IMG/VR virus record: IMGVR_UViG_3300026518_000011
Span: 1-64,000 of that record
Strand: one strand, 5' to 3'
Source: a virus
Length of the DNA: 64,000 nt
Position numbers and translations under genes: made by a program. Below the pieces are notes generated by a model. The model was not told the origin of the DNA. It made no database searches and saw only the letters and a program-made list of their open reading frames with translations. Positions 63,248 to 64,000 of this stretch are shown here, piece by piece. How positions within the stretch are numbered: the stretch's first letter is position 1; every line of letters begins with the position of its first letter.

Positions 63248-64000
63248 TTATGCCCCCTCAATTTGATAGGGTATTTGCTTGAAGGTAACGCCAGCCTCTG
63301 CCAGTCGTTCCTTGTCCACGGTGCATCCTTCGCCATAGACAATCCAGCCGCCCTCAAACCCATCGGGGGGCGCTGGCAGTGCCGCCATTGTATCAGGCGT
63401 CAACACATTGCCAGACGCTTCCCGAGCAAAGCCGGGTTCAGCGGGGGAGAAAAGTAAATAGACCGCTTTGTCCTGATAGTGCCCCAAATAAGGGGAGTCC
63501 CCCAAGGCATTGGACGGGATTGGCACACCGCATTCGGCAAAGAACACATGGGCGGCCAAGTCGGGGAAAGTCACACCGCCGTCGATATCACCAAATTCGT
63601 TGAAGAGTGGCACGCCAAGGCGGCAATAGCGGAAACCGCCGCCAAGCCCATCCACGGGTTTGGCAGGCTCGCCGCCTTTGTTATAGCCATGGATCACACG
63701 TTTTAGCCGTTCGGCAGTGATATCAGGGGCAATCTGTTCATCCATTTCCACAAGAATGAATTTGCGGTTGCCGCCATCTTGTTTGTTGAGGTCAAGAACA
63801 GCGTGGCCTGTGGTGCCAGAGCCGGCGAAGGAATCTAGGATTAGGTCGTTAGGACTCGTCGCAACTTGAATGAGGTAAGAGATCAATTGTTTTGGCTTGG
63901 GATACGTGAACGATAGCCCCATGTCTTCGATTTCAGATCGCATCTTTTCTGTGGTGCTGAACCCGCGAAGCACTGAAAGAATGTTTCGAGTGGTTTTTGG
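63248..64000 (-). CDS. N6-adenine DNA methyltransferase, type III Mod-like (3' part; open to window edge)
   Basis: F.YPKP..LI, LILDSFAGSGTTGHAV..LN..DGG.RKFILVEM, GGGF.Y; visibly higher GC than the flanking phage DNA. Confidence 0.9.
   Translation of the reverse strand, partial: PKTTRNILSVLRGFSTTEKMRSEIEDMGLSFTYPKPKQLISYLIQVATSPNDLILDSFAGSGTTGHAVLDLNKQDGGNRKFILVEMDEQIAPDITAERLKRVIHGYNKGGEPAKPVDGLGGGFRYCRLGVPLFNEFGDIDGGVTFPDLAAHVFFAECGVPIPSNALGDSPYLGHYQDKAVYLLFSPAEPGFAREASGNVLTPDTMAALPAPPDGFEGGWIVYGEGCTVDKERLAEAGVTFKQIPYQIEGA

Noticed and set aside
63106-63363. 85-aa ORF as an intact gene
   Set aside because: Its first half overlaps mod out of frame. Only the part from ATG 63246 is meaningful, and it is better explained as a frameshifted res remnant.
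1-64000. Stop-codon reassignment or a diversity-generating retroelement
   Set aside because: Conserved genes are full length in the standard code and end in TAA, TGA and TAG. No reverse transcriptase or template/variable repeat pair was seen.

Overview
A 64-kb segment of a large (jumbo-type) dsDNA tailed phage. It has T4-like late transcription: a TAAATA element precedes ~23 genes. The host is probably an alphaproteobacterium (Rhodobacteraceae-like), inferred from CTTGAC-N17-CTATA(C/T) early promoters and a B-type Hint/BIL protein. From left to right: tRNA-Lys and tRNA-Ile; an early accessory block (QueC-like, stand-alone Hint protein, tandem paralogs, and a promoter-driven ~165-nt tRNA-like RNA with complementary hairpin loops); lysis genes (overlapping spanins, T4 gpT-like holin, DUF3380 endolysin); a ~14-kb modular tail/receptor-binding fibre cluster; PhoH, DUF932, clamp loader, GroES-like protein, UvrD-type helicase, a split DnaE fragment, ClpS and a metallophosphoesterase; a class II ribonucleotide reductase with three inteins; a DnaJ-like protein, a DUF4116-like repeat protein, type II topoisomerase subunits, a T4 RNase H-like 5'-3' nuclease, a PD-(D/E)XK exonuclease and probable head-internal proteins. 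The last ~900 bp is a compositionally foreign type III R-M fragment (open mod 3' end plus a frameshifted, truncated res). The best candidates for undescribed biology are the tRNA-like RNA at 4426-4590 (with a smaller look-alike at 529-597), RBS-sequestering hairpins that carry the promoter inside them, and a His/acidic micro-peptide fused to a Hint domain. All family calls are from motif recognition by eye; no searches were run.
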